In this document: positions 1 to 10,146 of the stretch, one piece after another
Numbering within the stretch: the stretch's first letter is position 1
How the letters are laid out: the number at the start of each line of letters is the position of its first letter
Assembly (NCBI GenBank): GCA_963702425.1
Contig: CAVPCQ010000012.1
Span: 64,001 to 128,000, forward strand
Direction: 5' to 3'
DNA from: an uncultured Acidobacteriota bacterium
GTDB lineage: Bacteria > Acidobacteriota > Polarisedimenticolia > J045
DNA: 64,000 bases
Notes under the pieces: generated by a model
Told to the model about the DNA's origin: nothing
Databases searched by the model: none
What the model saw: only the letters and a program-made list of their open reading frames with translations
Made by a program: the position numbers and the translations under genes

Positions 1-3000
1 GGGCCGCAGCTGCGCCCGCGTGGCCCAGATCGTGGTCTCGGTCGGGCCATACAGGTTGAAAAAGCGCCGCCCCGGTGCCCAACGCTCGACCAGATCGGGG
101 AAACAGGGCTCGCCCGCAACAGCCACCGTCCGGAGCGCAGGCAGTTCGTCGACCGGAAGGACGGCCAGGGCCGTCGGAGGCAGGGTCATGATCTCGATGG
201 CGTGGCGCTTCAGGAAGGCCAGCAAGTCCGGACCGGGCAACAACTCGTCCGGATCTCCGAGCACCAACGTCGCCCCGTTCGCAAGCGCCCCGACGATCTC
301 GTAGGTCGCCGCGTCGAAGCTGAGCGACGCAAACTGCAGCACCCGGCTTCCCGGACGGATGTCGAGCACTCGCGCACACTCGCCGGGAACGTTGCACAAA
401 CCACGGTGCTGCAACAGCGCGCACTTCGGCGTGCCGGTCGAGCCGGAAGTGTAGATCGCGTACGCGAGGTCGTCCGGAGAGACATCGACCGCCGGATTGT
501 CTGCAGGGAAGGCCTCGATCGACGGCCAATCGGCATCCAGGCACAGCACGTCGGCCGCGTGGGGCGGAAGCGCGTCCCGGAGGTGGGCCTGGGTCAAGAG
601 CGTCTCGACCCCGGAGTCGGCCAGCATGAACGCCACCCGATCCCGAGGATAGGTGGGGTCGATCGGCACGTAGGCGCCCCCAGCCTTGAGGATGCCGAGC
701 ATCCCCACGATCATCTCGGGCGTCCTCTCGAAGCAGAGTCCGACCAACGAGTTCCGGCGCACTCCGCGGGCCAGCAGGGCATGCGCCACACGGTTGGCCC
801 GCGACTCCAGCTCTCGATAGGTCCATTCCCGCCCTCGGTGGAGCAGGGCGGTCAGATCCGGTGACTCTGCCACGCGCGCCTCGAACAAGCGGTGGATGCC
901 GATGTCGTCCGGATAGTCGGCGGCCGTCTCGTTCCACTCCGCGACGATGCGATGGCGTTCGGCAGGGTCCAGCAGCGGAAGCTCGCCGATCCGTTTGCCC
1001 GGATCGCTGACCGCACCCTCGAGCAGCGTCGTCAGGTGCGTGGCCATGCGGTCCACCGTGGAGGCGTCGAACAGGTCGACGTTGTAGACGAACATGCCCC
1101 GGAAGCCGCTGGGCTGCTCGATCAGGAACAGTTCCAGGTCGGTCCGGATGGTCCGGACTTCCGCCGGGTAGTCCTCGATCACCAGGCCCGGCAGCTCCAG
1201 CGCGGTCCTCGGGACGTTCTGCATCGCGAACACGACCTGGAACAGCGGGTTCTGCGCCAGGTCGCGCTCCGGGTTCAATTCGTAGACCAACCGTTCGAAG
1301 GGCAGGTCCTGGTGGTCGTAGGCATCGAGCGAGAGCTTCTGGACCCGTCGCAACACCTCGGAGAACGTCGGGTCGCCCGACAGGTCGGTCCGCAACACCA
1401 GGCTGTTGACGAAAATGCCGATGAGGTCCTCGATCTCCGATCGCGTGCGGTTCGCGATCGGAGAACCGATGACGACGTCCTCCTGGCCCGTGTACTTCGA
1501 CAGCAGTACCTGGAACGCTGCCAGCATAACCATCGCGACCGTGACGCCTTCCTTGCGAGCGAGCCGCGACACCGCCTCGGACAGCTCGCGCGACAGTGCC
1601 ACCTGGCGGGCTGCACCGTGGAAGGTCTGAAGCGGCGGACGGGGACGGTCGGTAGGCAGGTTCAAGACCGGGAGGTCGCCGCTCAGTTGATTCTTCCAGT
1701 ACGACAGCTGGCGCTCCAGCGTCTCGCCCTGCATGCGTTCGACCTGCCAGGCCGCGAAATCCGCATAGTGCACGGACAGGCTCGGCAGGCGGGGTGGCTC
1801 ACCTGTCAGTCTGGCCTCGTACAGCGCAGCGAGGTCCCGCGTAATCAGCCCGATCGACCATGCGTCGGTCACGATGTGGTGCACGTTCAGCAGCAGGACG
1901 TACTCGCCGCTGCCGAGGTCGACCAGCCTCGCCCGGATCAGCGGGCCGGCGGAAAGATCGAAGGCCCTGTCCGTGCCCCGTGCGATCAGGGCTTGAATCT
2001 CGACGTCGCGATCGGACTCCGGGACGCTGGAGAGGTCGGTGGCCTCAAGCGTCAAGTCCACGCTCTCGTCGATGATCTGGTAGGGGTGCCCGTCCCGGAC
2101 GTCGAATCGTGTCCGCAGGACCTCGTGCCGGCTGATGAGATCTCGCAGGCTGCCCTCCAGCGCATCTCGATCGAGCGTGCCGCGCAGACGGTAGGTGTGG
2201 CTCATGTTGTACGCGGCGCCGGTCCCCATCTGGTCGAGCACCCACAGACGCCGCTGCGCGAACGACAGCTCGAGGTCGCGGTCCCTCGGCACCTGCCGGA
2301 TCGGCGCGGCGCTCTCCACCGCCTCGATGCTCTGGCGCGCAGCGCGCACGCGGGTCGCTAGACCGGCGACGGTCGGGTGTTCGAAGACGTCCCGAAGTGG
2401 CAGCTCCACGCGCAGCGTGCTGCGGATCCGGGAGACCAGCCGTGTGGCCAGCAGCGAGTGCCCGCCGAGTTCGAAGAAGTTCTCGTGCGCCCCGACTACC
2501 TCCACGCCCAACACCTCCGAGAACGCAGCGACGACGGCCTCCTCCTCGGGGCCGCGCGGCGCCGTGTACGTCCTCGCTTCTGCTTCAAGCCCTGTCTCGA
2601 TGGCCGCCAACCGCTTCCGGTCGATCTTGCCCGAGGCTCCCAGCGGCAGGGCGTCGACAAATGCGATCGCACTCGGCACCATGTAATCGGGCAGCCGACC
2701 CCGCAGGAACTCCCGAAGCCTCGCTGGGGACGCTTGTCCGCCTTCCCGCGCAACCGCGAACGCCACCAGGTGACGATTCTCACCTTGCCCGCGCACGATC
2801 GCGGCGGCTTGCTCGACGTCCGGGTGTTCGGCGAGCACCGACTCGATTTCCCCGAGTTCGATCCGGAAACCGCGCAACTTGACCTGGTCGTCGATTCGGC
2901 CGAGGTACAACAGCCGCCCCCGCGAGTCCCAGCGCACCAGATCTCCGGTGCGATACATCCTCGCCCCCGACTCGTCGCGGAACGGATCCGCCATGAATCG

Positions 3001-6000
3001 TTCCGCCGTCAGTTCCGGCCGGTTCAGGTATCCACGGGCGACACCGTCGCCACCGATCCAGAGCTCACCGACCACACCCTCGGGCACCGGGCGGTTTTGC
3101 CGATCCAGGACGTAGAGGAACGTGTTCGCAATCGGGCGGCCGATCGGCATCGGCCCCGCTCCCTTTTCGTCCTCGTCCTCGACCTGAGCGACTGCCGACC
3201 ACACGGTCGTCTCCGTCGGGCCGTACATGTTCCACAACTCCCCACCTCGCTGCAGCAGCGCGCCCGCGAGCGGGCGCGGCAATGCCTCGCCCCCGCAGAG
3301 CATCTTGAGCCCCGGCTTCCCGCCCCAGCCCGAATGGACCAGCAACTGCCACGTGGCCGGCGTCCCCTGCATCACCGTGACTGCGTGCTCGTCCAGCAGG
3401 ACTTGTAGTTGCTCTCCGTCCGAGACCGCGTCCTGCGCGGCGATCACCACCGAGCCGCCCGCCACCAGCGGGAGGAACAGCTCCAGCGCCGCGATATCGA
3501 ACGACGGCGTTGTCACGGCCAGCAGCACGTCCTCCGCCGCGAAGCCGGGCGCCCGGCGCATCGACTCCAGGAAGTTCACGAGATTGCGATGAGTGACCTC
3601 GACACCCTTCGGCCTCCCGGTCGAACCCGACGTGTAGATCACGTACGCCAGATCGGACGATTTTGCGACGGGATCCGGGTTCGCGTCGCTGTACCGCTCG
3701 AACGCGCCGTCGCCGTCGTCCAGCAAGATGATCTCGCCGCCAAACTCTCCCACCCGGTCAGACACGACAGAGTCGCTGACCAGCGTCTCAATCGACGTGT
3801 CATCCAGGATGAACGCGAGTCGCTCTTTCGGGTTCGCCACATCGAGCGGCACGTACGCCCCACCGGCCTTCAGGATCCCCAACATCCCGACCAGGATCCC
3901 GGGGCCCCGGTCGACCAACAACCCGACCCGCGAGCCGGGTGCCACCCCCTTCGAGCGCAGGCGGTGCGCCAGTCTGTTCGAACGCCGGTTCAACTCCCGG
4001 TAGGTCAGCGGCATCCCGCAGTGAGCGTGCTCCCCGCCCGCAAGGATCACTGCGACCGCTTCGGGATCCCGCTCGGCCTGCGCTTCGATGAACTCGTGAA
4101 CACAACAGCTCTCCGCGTACGACGCGGCGCTGTCGTTCAACTCGACCAGAACCCGCCGGCGATCCGCATCGCTCATCAGTCGGAGATCGTCGATGGTCCG
4201 CTCGGGGTTCGCGATGATGTCCTCGAGCAGCCGCTCGTACTGACGCGCCATGCGCTCAATCGTCGACCGATCGAACAAGTCGGTGTTGTAGAGGAAGGTG
4301 ACTGTGGCACTCTCGCCTGACCGAAAGACGTGAACCTCGAGGTCGAGACGCGTCGTCGCCTGGCCCCGCTCAAAACGAGTGACTTCGATGCCGGGCAGTT
4401 CGAGGTTCTCCATTCCTGATTCGTGGACGGCGAAGAGGATCTGGAAGATCGGGTTGCGGCTGAGATCGCGTTCGGGCCGCAGCTCCTCGACCAGGTGCTC
4501 GAACGGGATGTCCTGGTTCTGGTACGCTTCGAGCGCCACATTCCTCACGCGACGCACGAGCTGGCAGAACGTCGGGTTTCCGGAGAGGTCGGTCCTCATG
4601 ACCAACGAATTCACGAAGAACCCGATCAGGTGCTCGATCTCGATCCGGTTCCGATTCGCGATGGGCGATCCAACGACGATGTCCCCCTGGCCGCTGTAGC
4701 GCCGGAGCATCACGTTGAAAGCGGCCAGCAGGGTCATGAAGGTGGTCGCGTCGAGCTGCCGTCCCAGCTTGTCGATCGCATCGCTGAGTCGCGCCGGCAG
4801 CACGATCCGTTCCCGTGCTGCACAGAACGTCTGTATCGCAGGCCTTGGCCGATCTGTCGGAATGTCCATCGGGGTGGCGTCCGCGAGTTGGGCTCGCCAG
4901 TAGCTGGCCTGCCTCTCCCACACCGGACCGCTGAGCCATTGCCGCTGCCACACCGCAAAGTCTGCATACTGTATGCCAAGGGAGGGCAGTTGCGCCGTTT
5001 CACCGCGCGCGAACGTCGCGTACAGCGCACCCAGCTCCCGATGGAGCACCCCCAGCGACCATCCATCGAACACGATGTGATGCACCGTCAAGAGCAGGAC
5101 GTGATCCTCGGCGGCGAGACGGATCAAGCGGGCTCGGAGGGGTCGCCCCGCGGCCAGATCGAACGGCCGCTCCAGCTCCCCGCGGGCATGCCGTTGGGCC
5201 TCATCCTCCCGTATCTCGGCCGGTACCGTCGTCAGGTCGACAAACTCGAAATCCGCCGGCGTCGGGTCCATCACGCACTGCCGGGGTACGCCCTCCTCCG
5301 ACCGGAACGCGGTCCGTAGGGTCTCGTGCCGTCGGACGAGTTCATCGAGGCCGCAGCGGAGGGCGGTTGCATCGAGAGCCCCCCGCAGGCGTAACGACAT
5401 CGCGGCGTTGTAGCCGGTACCGCCAGGTTCGAGTTGGTCGAGGAACCACAGCCGTTGCTGGGCGAACGACAGCGGCAGATCACCATCCCTCGGTATGCTC
5501 GCGATCGGGACCGCCTCGGGCACTCCCGTCTGTTCGCCCTGCACGACCGCAGCGAGACCGGCCACCGTCGCGTGGTCGAACAGCCTCCGGAGTGCGACAT
5601 CGCACCCGAATCGTTCGCGGATTCGCGACATGACCTGGGTCGCAAGGAGGGAATGCCCGCCCATCTCGAAGAAGTCGTCGTGGATACCGATACGCTCCAA
5701 GCCGAGTAGTTCAGCCCAGATCGCGCAAAGCGTTCCCTCGACGGCGTTGCGCGGCGCTTCGAACACGGTCGACAATCCCGGCCGCGAGGAGTCCGGCTCA
5801 GGCAGCGCCTGGCGATCCACCTTGCCGTTAGGCGTCAGTGGCAGCGCGTCCATCAGAACGAACGCGCTCGGTATCATGTACTCGGGCAGATGCTGCGCGA
5901 TGTGCTCGCGGAGCCCGGGGATCAGCTGGGACATCGTCCGCGCGCGAAGCGGGTCGGTGCCGCATGATCGCAGATCGCGGCTGCGACGCTGTTCCGCAGT

Positions 6001-9000
6001 CACTGGTGTGACCACGATCGGCGCGATGTCGCCCTCCGCCGGCTGCGGCGTGAACACGACGTCGAACCGCCCGCCGGGACCTGAATCGGACCACTGCAGT
6101 GTGACCGAGTATCCGCTCGAGCTGCCGAGATCCCACAGAGCTTCCGGATCGATACCGCAAATGCGGCTCGACCGGACGCGGCCGATCGGCTCGTCGCGGT
6201 CGGCCTCCGCCAACGCCGCGACAATCGCGAGATCCTCTCGCAAGCGCCCATTCGGCACCGCTCGGATCGCCAGCGGCTGTCGCGGGCGAGCGTCCAGCCG
6301 GCGCCTCACGCTCTCGAGTGCGAGGCCGGTCTGCTCCCAGTCGACCCAGGTGTCGGGCGCGAAGGAAGGTCTTTCGCTCGACACGTGCAGGATGACGTCG
6401 TAACGGTACTTCGTAAGTTCGTTTGTCGCGTGGCCGCGCTTGAGCAGGATCTCGACGTGACTGACCTTCGGATTGCGTGCCTGCAGCCCAAGGAAGTACT
6501 CCGGATCGATCACCAGCTCCTGCTCCTGGAGCACACTCTGGCGGATCCTCTGCCGCAGCTGGCCGACGGTGAGTTCGCGGCCCGCCTTGCACCATTGCAC
6601 CGAAGTCTGGAATACCTCGAGCAAGGGCAAGCTGCGGACATCGCCGATCAGCACTCGTCCGCCGGGCACCACGGCGCGGATCGCCCGGTCCAGTACCGTG
6701 TCGAGATACTCCATCGTTGGATAGTGTTGGACGACCGAGTCGAGCACCGCGAGATCGAATGAGTTCTCGTCGATACCTTCGAAATCCGTTGCGGTTCGCT
6801 GCATCAGCCGAACGTCGGCTTGGCCCGAACCGATCGCTTCGAGCTGACGACCTACGTAGTCCAGCGCGACCCGCGAAAAGTCGGTCGCCCAGTACGTTCG
6901 GCAGCGCGATAGAGCCGCGAAAAGCAGGAGCCCCGTGCGACAGCCAATCTCCAGCACCCGAGCGCACGCGCCATCGAGCATGCGGTCGATCGTTCGATCG
7001 ACGTGTTCGTGCACGTCCTCTGGGCTCAGAGATTCCCCGGTGTACGTGCTAAGCCATCCGGCGCTATTGAACGGCGCGTCTCGTCGAGCGTTCGGATCGC
7101 CTTCGATGTCCCTGTAGATCAGTTCATCATGGAGGCTCTGCCATTCATCGACACGGTCCTCGGACGCTCGATCGAGCTCCGCACCATGGTCACTCGCGAG
7201 CTTTGGCACGACGTAAGCCACCAGGCGCTTGTTGGCCTCGCCGCTCTCCTGAACGGTTACGACCGACGTGCTGACCGCCTCGTACTGCTTGATGACCGCT
7301 TCGATCTCGCCAAGTTCGATCCGGAACCCCCGCAGCTTCACCTGGTGGTCGTTCCGGCCCACGAACTCGATCGCCCCGTCCGGGCGATAGCGAACCACGT
7401 CTCCGGTGCGGTACATCTTCGCGGCCGGAGATCCTGCAAAGGGATCGGGAATGAACGTCTCGGCCGTCAGCTCCGGCCGTTCGTGATACCGGACAGCGAG
7501 CCCGTCGCCGCCAAGGTACAGCTCCCCGAGAACGCCCACGGGAACTGGATTAAGGCTGCGGTCGAGGACGTACATCGTAGAGTTGGCGATCGGCCGGCCG
7601 ATCGGCACGGTCAGGGCGTCCTCGGGGAGCTCCTGCACCTCGTACCAGGTGGAGAATGTCGTGCACTCGGTTGGCCCGTAGACGTGAAGCAGCCGCTGCG
7701 GCCGTCCTTCTGCGAGCACCGCACGCACGCGCCGAGGATCGACCATCTCGCCGCCAAACAGCAGATGACGCAGCCCTCCAAAGATGTCTGGGATTTCCAG
7801 TGACGCCTGGTTGAACAGGGCAGTCGTAAGGAACAACGTCGTGATGCGGTCCTCCCGGAGTGCTTCCGCGAACTGCCGGGCCGACAGCGACACCTCTTTC
7901 GAGATTCCGATCACGGTTGCACCGTTCAGCAACCCACCCCAGATCTCGAACGTTGCGGCGTCGAACGACGCATTGGACGCCTGGGCGATCCTGTCGGAAG
8001 GCTCGAGCTGGCAGTAATCCGTCTCGAGCACGAGACGGGTGATTCCTCGGTGCGGAATGCACACTCCTTTCGGCATCCCGGTGGAGCCGGAGGTGTAGAT
8101 GACGTACGCCAGATCCTCCGCCGAGGCATCTCGGAGGATTGCGCTCTCGCGCTCCTGCGCGATGACGGGCCCTTCACGATCGAGGCAGACCGTCTCGCCG
8201 GGATGCTCGGGGAGGTCGTCCCGGGTCCGTCCGTTCGTGAGCAAGACGGGTACCTTGGCGTCGGCCAGCATGAGGGCCAGGCGCTGCTTCGGATAGTCCG
8301 CATCCAGGGGTACGTACGCTCCACCAGCCTTCAGGATTCCCAGCAGCCCCACGATGAAATCGGTGGACCGTTCCATGCAGATCGCGACCAGCGAGCCGCG
8401 AACAATCCCCCGCTTCCGCAGGTAGTGCGCCAGCTGGTTTGCACGCCGCTCGAGGACGTCGTAGGTCAGGCTCACTCCGGCGTACGACACCGCCTCGGCG
8501 TGCGGCGTCCGGGCGACCTGTTCCTCGAACAGGCGGTCGACGGTCTTGTCGTGGGGGTACGCCGTCCTCGTGTCGTTCCATTCTACGATCGCCCGGCGTC
8601 GCTCCTCCTCGTCGAGGATCGGAAGGAGCGACAGGCGCGTGTCTGATTGCCGTGCGATCGCTGCGAGAAGGTTGACATAGTGCTTCTGTAGTCGTTCCGC
8701 AGTCGCGAGCTCGAAGAGTCTCTTGTTGTAGACTAGCCGCCCCTGGAAGGCACCGTCTCGGGCGTTAAGATAGAGCTCAAGATCAAAGCGTGTCGTGACA
8801 GCGCCGAGGTCGAACGACTCGACCGTCAATCCCCGCAGGACGAGGTCCTGCATCGGTGTATTCTGGAAGGCGAACGTGATCTGGAACAGCGGATTGCGGC
8901 TCGGATCTCGCGCCGGGTTGAGTTCGTCGACGAGTCTCTCGAATGGGATGTCCTGATGGTCGTACGCGCCGAGTGAGACCTGCTTCACACGCTCCAGAAG

Positions 9001-10146
9001 CTCGGTGAACGAGGGATCGCCGGACAGGTCGATGCGAAAGACCACGGTGTTCGCGAAGAAGCCGAGCAGGCCTTCGACCTCGGCGTTCGTGCGGTTCGCG
9101 ATCGGCGAGCCGACGACGACTTCATCCTGTCCGGTGTATCGCGCCAGCAGAGCGGCATACGCCGCGAGGAACGTCATGGCTGGGGTTGCGCCCGATTCCT
9201 GGCCGAGGGCCGTCAGATCGGCGCACAGATCCCGTGGCACCGCGAATCGAAGGTCCGCCCCTTCGAAAGTCTGTTGAGGTGGGCGCGTGCGGTCGGCCGG
9301 TATCTCGATGACAGGCAGGTCACTCAACTGTTCGGTCCAGTACTCGAGCATCGCGGCGAGAACGTCACCACACAACCAGTTGCGCTGCCAGACGGCGAAA
9401 TCGGCAAACTGCACGGGAGGGCGTGGCAGTGGGGACGTGGCCCCCTCGACGATCGCTCGATACTCTACCCCCAGCTCGTGTTTGAGGACGCCTGTCGACC
9501 AGCCGTCGAACACGATGTGATGAACCGCGACGAAAAGGACATGATTGTTGTCCGCGAGGCGATAGAGGCGGACGCGGAACAGCGGTCCGTGCTCCAGGTC
9601 GAACCTTCTCGTTGTTTCCTGCGAGGCCAGGCGCCGGACCTCCGCTTCGCGTACGGCGGCATCGAGACCCCCGAGATCGATCACTTCGAACGGCAATTCG
9701 ACCGAGGACTCGATGCGCTCCACCGGGCGGCCATCCACTGATGGGAAGGTCGTGCGGAGCGCCTCGTGCCGTTCCACGACAGCCTCGAAGGCGCGTCGCA
9801 GAGCTACGACGTCCAACCGACCGATGAGCCGCTCAGCAAATCGAATGTTGTACGCCGCGCCGGCGCCCATCTGGTCGACGAACCACAAGCCCTCCTGGTT
9901 GAACGCCAGGGGGGGGGGCTCGCTGGTCGATCGTGGGGCCAACGGCGGCCGATCTGCCTCGATCGCAGCCACGCGCCGGAGGTGCGTGATCAGCTCGTCA
10001 CGCGCAGATCGCAGCTCGTCCCGCAACTCGGGCGTCATGATCCCTTCCGGCGCGTCGAAACGGAGCCGCTCGCCATCGAGCCAAAGACGGATCCCGGCGT
10101 GCCCGAGCCGATTCAACAAGTCAGCCGGCGACTGTCCCGTTCTCAT
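1..10146 (-). CDS. Multimodular NRPS, 3'-truncated by window edge: TubC-like N-terminal docking domain - C - A(Ile, interrupted by N-methyltransferase) - T - C - A(Gly) - T - C - A(partial)
   Basis: Absent from the ORF track, consistent with no stop in the window. The ATG at 10146 overlaps the upstream TGA (ATGA). Segments I translated by hand in this frame read MRTGQSPADLLNRLGHAGIRLWLDGERLRFDAPEG, HHIVFDGWS (~9510, ~5075), HHIVTDAWS (~1870), YTSGSTG x3, GGHSLLA x2 (~5655, ~2460), VLEIGCRTG (~6945) and NLYGPTETTIW (60-25). Confidence 0.95.
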   Translation of the reverse strand, partial: MRTGQSPADLLNRLGHAGIRLWLDGERLRFDAPEGIMTPELRDELRSARDELITHLRRVAAIEADRPPLAPRSTSEPPPLAFNQEGLWFVDQMGAGAAYNIRFAERLIGRLDVVALRRAFEAVVERHEALRTTFPSVDGRPVERIESSVELPFEVIDLGGLDAAVREAEVRRLASQETTRRFDLEHGPLFRVRLYRLADNNHVLFVAVHHIVFDGWSTGVLKHELGVEYRAIVEGATSPLPRPPVQFADFAVWQRNWLCGDVLAAMLEYWTEQLSDLPVIEIPADRTRPPQQTFEGADLRFAVPRDLCADLTALGQESGATPAMTFLAAYAALLARYTGQDEVVVGSPIANRTNAEVEGLLGFFANTVVFRIDLSGDPSFTELLERVKQVSLGAYDHQDIPFERLVDELNPARDPSRNPLFQITFAFQNTPMQDLVLRGLTVESFDLGAVTTRFDLELYLNARDGAFQGRLVYNKRLFELATAERLQKHYVNLLAAIARQSDTRLSLLPILDEEERRRAIVEWNDTRTAYPHDKTVDRLFEEQVARTPHAEAVSYAGVSLTYDVLERRANQLAHYLRKRGIVRGSLVAICMERSTDFIVGLLGILKAGGAYVPLDADYPKQRLALMLADAKVPVLLTNGRTRDDLPEHPGETVCLDREGPVIAQERESAILRDASAEDLAYVIYTSGSTGMPKGVCIPHRGITRLVLETDYCQLEPSDRIAQASNASFDAATFEIWGGLLNGATVIGISKEVSLSARQFAEALREDRITTLFLTTALFNQASLEIPDIFGGLRHLLFGGEMVDPRRVRAVLAEGRPQRLLHVYGPTECTTFSTWYEVQELPEDALTVPIGRPIANSTMYVLDRSLNPVPVGVLGELYLGGDGLAVRYHERPELTAETFIPDPFAGSPAAKMYRTGDVVRYRPDGAIEFVGRNDHQVKLRGFRIELGEIEAVIKQYEAVSTSVVTVQESGEANKRLVAYVVPKLASDHGAELDRASEDRVDEWQSLHDELIYRDIEGDPNARRDAPFNSAGWLSTYTGESLSPEDVHEHVDRTIDRMLDGACARVLEIGCRTGLLLFAALSRCRTYWATDFSRVALDYVGRQLEAIGSGQADVRLMQRTATDFEGIDENSFDLAVLDSVVQHYPTMEYLDTVLDRAIRAVVPGGRVLIGDVRSLPLLEVFQTSVQWCKAGRELTVGQLRQRIRQSVLQEQELVIDPEYFLGLQARNPKVSHVEILLKRGHATNELTKYRYDVILHVSSERPSFAPDTWVDWEQTGLALESVRRRLDARPRQPLAIRAVPNGRLREDLAIVAALAEADRDEPIGRVRSSRICGIDPEALWDLGSSSGYSVTLQWSDSGPGGRFDVVFTPQPAEGDIAPIVVTPVTAEQRRSRDLRSCGTDPLRARTMSQLIPGLREHIAQHLPEYMIPSAFVLMDALPLTPNGKVDRQALPEPDSSRPGLSTVFEAPRNAVEGTLCAIWAELLGLERIGIHDDFFEMGGHSLLATQVMSRIRERFGCDVALRRLFDHATVAGLAAVVQGEQTGVPEAVPIASIPRDGDLPLSFAQQRLWFLDQLEPGGTGYNAAMSLRLRGALDATALRCGLDELVRRHETLRTAFRSEEGVPRQCVMDPTPADFEFVDLTTVPAEIREDEAQRHARGELERPFDLAAGRPLRARLIRLAAEDHVLLLTVHHIVFDGWSLGVLHRELGALYATFARGETAQLPSLGIQYADFAVWQRQWLSGPVWERQASYWRAQLADATPMDIPTDRPRPAIQTFCAARERIVLPARLSDAIDKLGRQLDATTFMTLLAAFNVMLRRYSGQGDIVVGSPIANRNRIEIEHLIGFFVNSLVMRTDLSGNPTFCQLVRRVRNVALEAYQNQDIPFEHLVEELRPERDLSRNPIFQILFAVHESGMENLELPGIEVTRFERGQATTRLDLEVHVFRSGESATVTFLYNTDLFDRSTIERMARQYERLLEDIIANPERTIDDLRLMSDADRRRVLVELNDSAASYAESCCVHEFIEAQAERDPEAVAVILAGGEHAHCGMPLTYRELNRRSNRLAHRLRSKGVAPGSRVGLLVDRGPGILVGMLGILKAGGAYVPLDVANPKERLAFILDDTSIETLVSDSVVSDRVGEFGGEIILLDDGDGAFERYSDANPDPVAKSSDLAYVIYTSGSTGRPKGVEVTHRNLVNFLESMRRAPGFAAEDVLLAVTTPSFDIAALELFLPLVAGGSVVIAAQDAVSDGEQLQVLLDEHAVTVMQGTPATWQLLVHSGWGGKPGLKMLCGGEALPRPLAGALLQRGGELWNMYGPTETTVWSAVAQVEDEDEKGAGPMPIGRPIANTFLYVLDRQNRPVPEGVVGELWIGGDGVARGYLNRPELTAERFMADPFRDESGARMYRTGDLVRWDSRGRLLYLGRIDDQVKLRGFRIELGEIESVLAEHPDVEQAAAIVRGQGENRHLVAFAVAREGGQASPARLREFLRGRLPDYMVPSAIAFVDALPLGASGKIDRKRLAAIETGLEAEARTYTAPRGPEEEAVVAAFSEVLGVEVVGAHENFFELGGHSLLATRLVSRIRSTLRVELPLRDVFEHPTVAGLATRVRAARQSIEAVESAAPIRQVPRDRDLELSFAQRRLWVLDQMGTGAAYNMSHTYRLRGTLDRDALEGSLRDLISRHEVLRTRFDVRDGHPYQIIDESVDLTLEATDLSSVPESDRDVEIQALIARGTDRAFDLSAGPLIRARLVDLGSGEYVLLLNVHHIVTDAWSIGLITRDLAALYEARLTGEPPRLPSLSVHYADFAAWQVERMQGETLERQLSYWKNQLSGDLPVLNLPTDRPRPPLQTFHGAARQVALSRELSEAVSRLARKEGVTVAMVMLAAFQVLLSKYTGQEDVVIGSPIANRTRSEIEDLIGIFVNSLVLRTDLSGDPTFSEVLRRVQKLSLDAYDHQDLPFERLVYELNPERDLAQNPLFQVVFAMQNVPRTALELPGLVIEDYPAEVRTIRTDLELFLIEQPSGFRGMFVYNVDLFDASTVDRMATHLTTLLEGAVSDPGKRIGELPLLDPAERHRIVAEWNETAADYPDDIGIHRLFEARVAESPDLTALLHRGREWTYRELESRANRVAHALLARGVRRNSLVGLCFERTPEMIVGMLGILKAGGAYVPIDPTYPRDRVAFMLADSGVETLLTQAHLRDALPPHAADVLCLDADWPSIEAFPADNPAVDVSPDDLAYAIYTSGSTGTPKCALLQHRGLCNVPGECARVLDIRPGSRVLQFASLSFDAATYEIVGALANGATLVLGDPDELLPGPDLLAFLKRHAIEIMTLPPTALAVLPVDELPALRTVAVAGEPCFPDLVERWAPGRRFFNLYGPTETTIWATRAQLRP

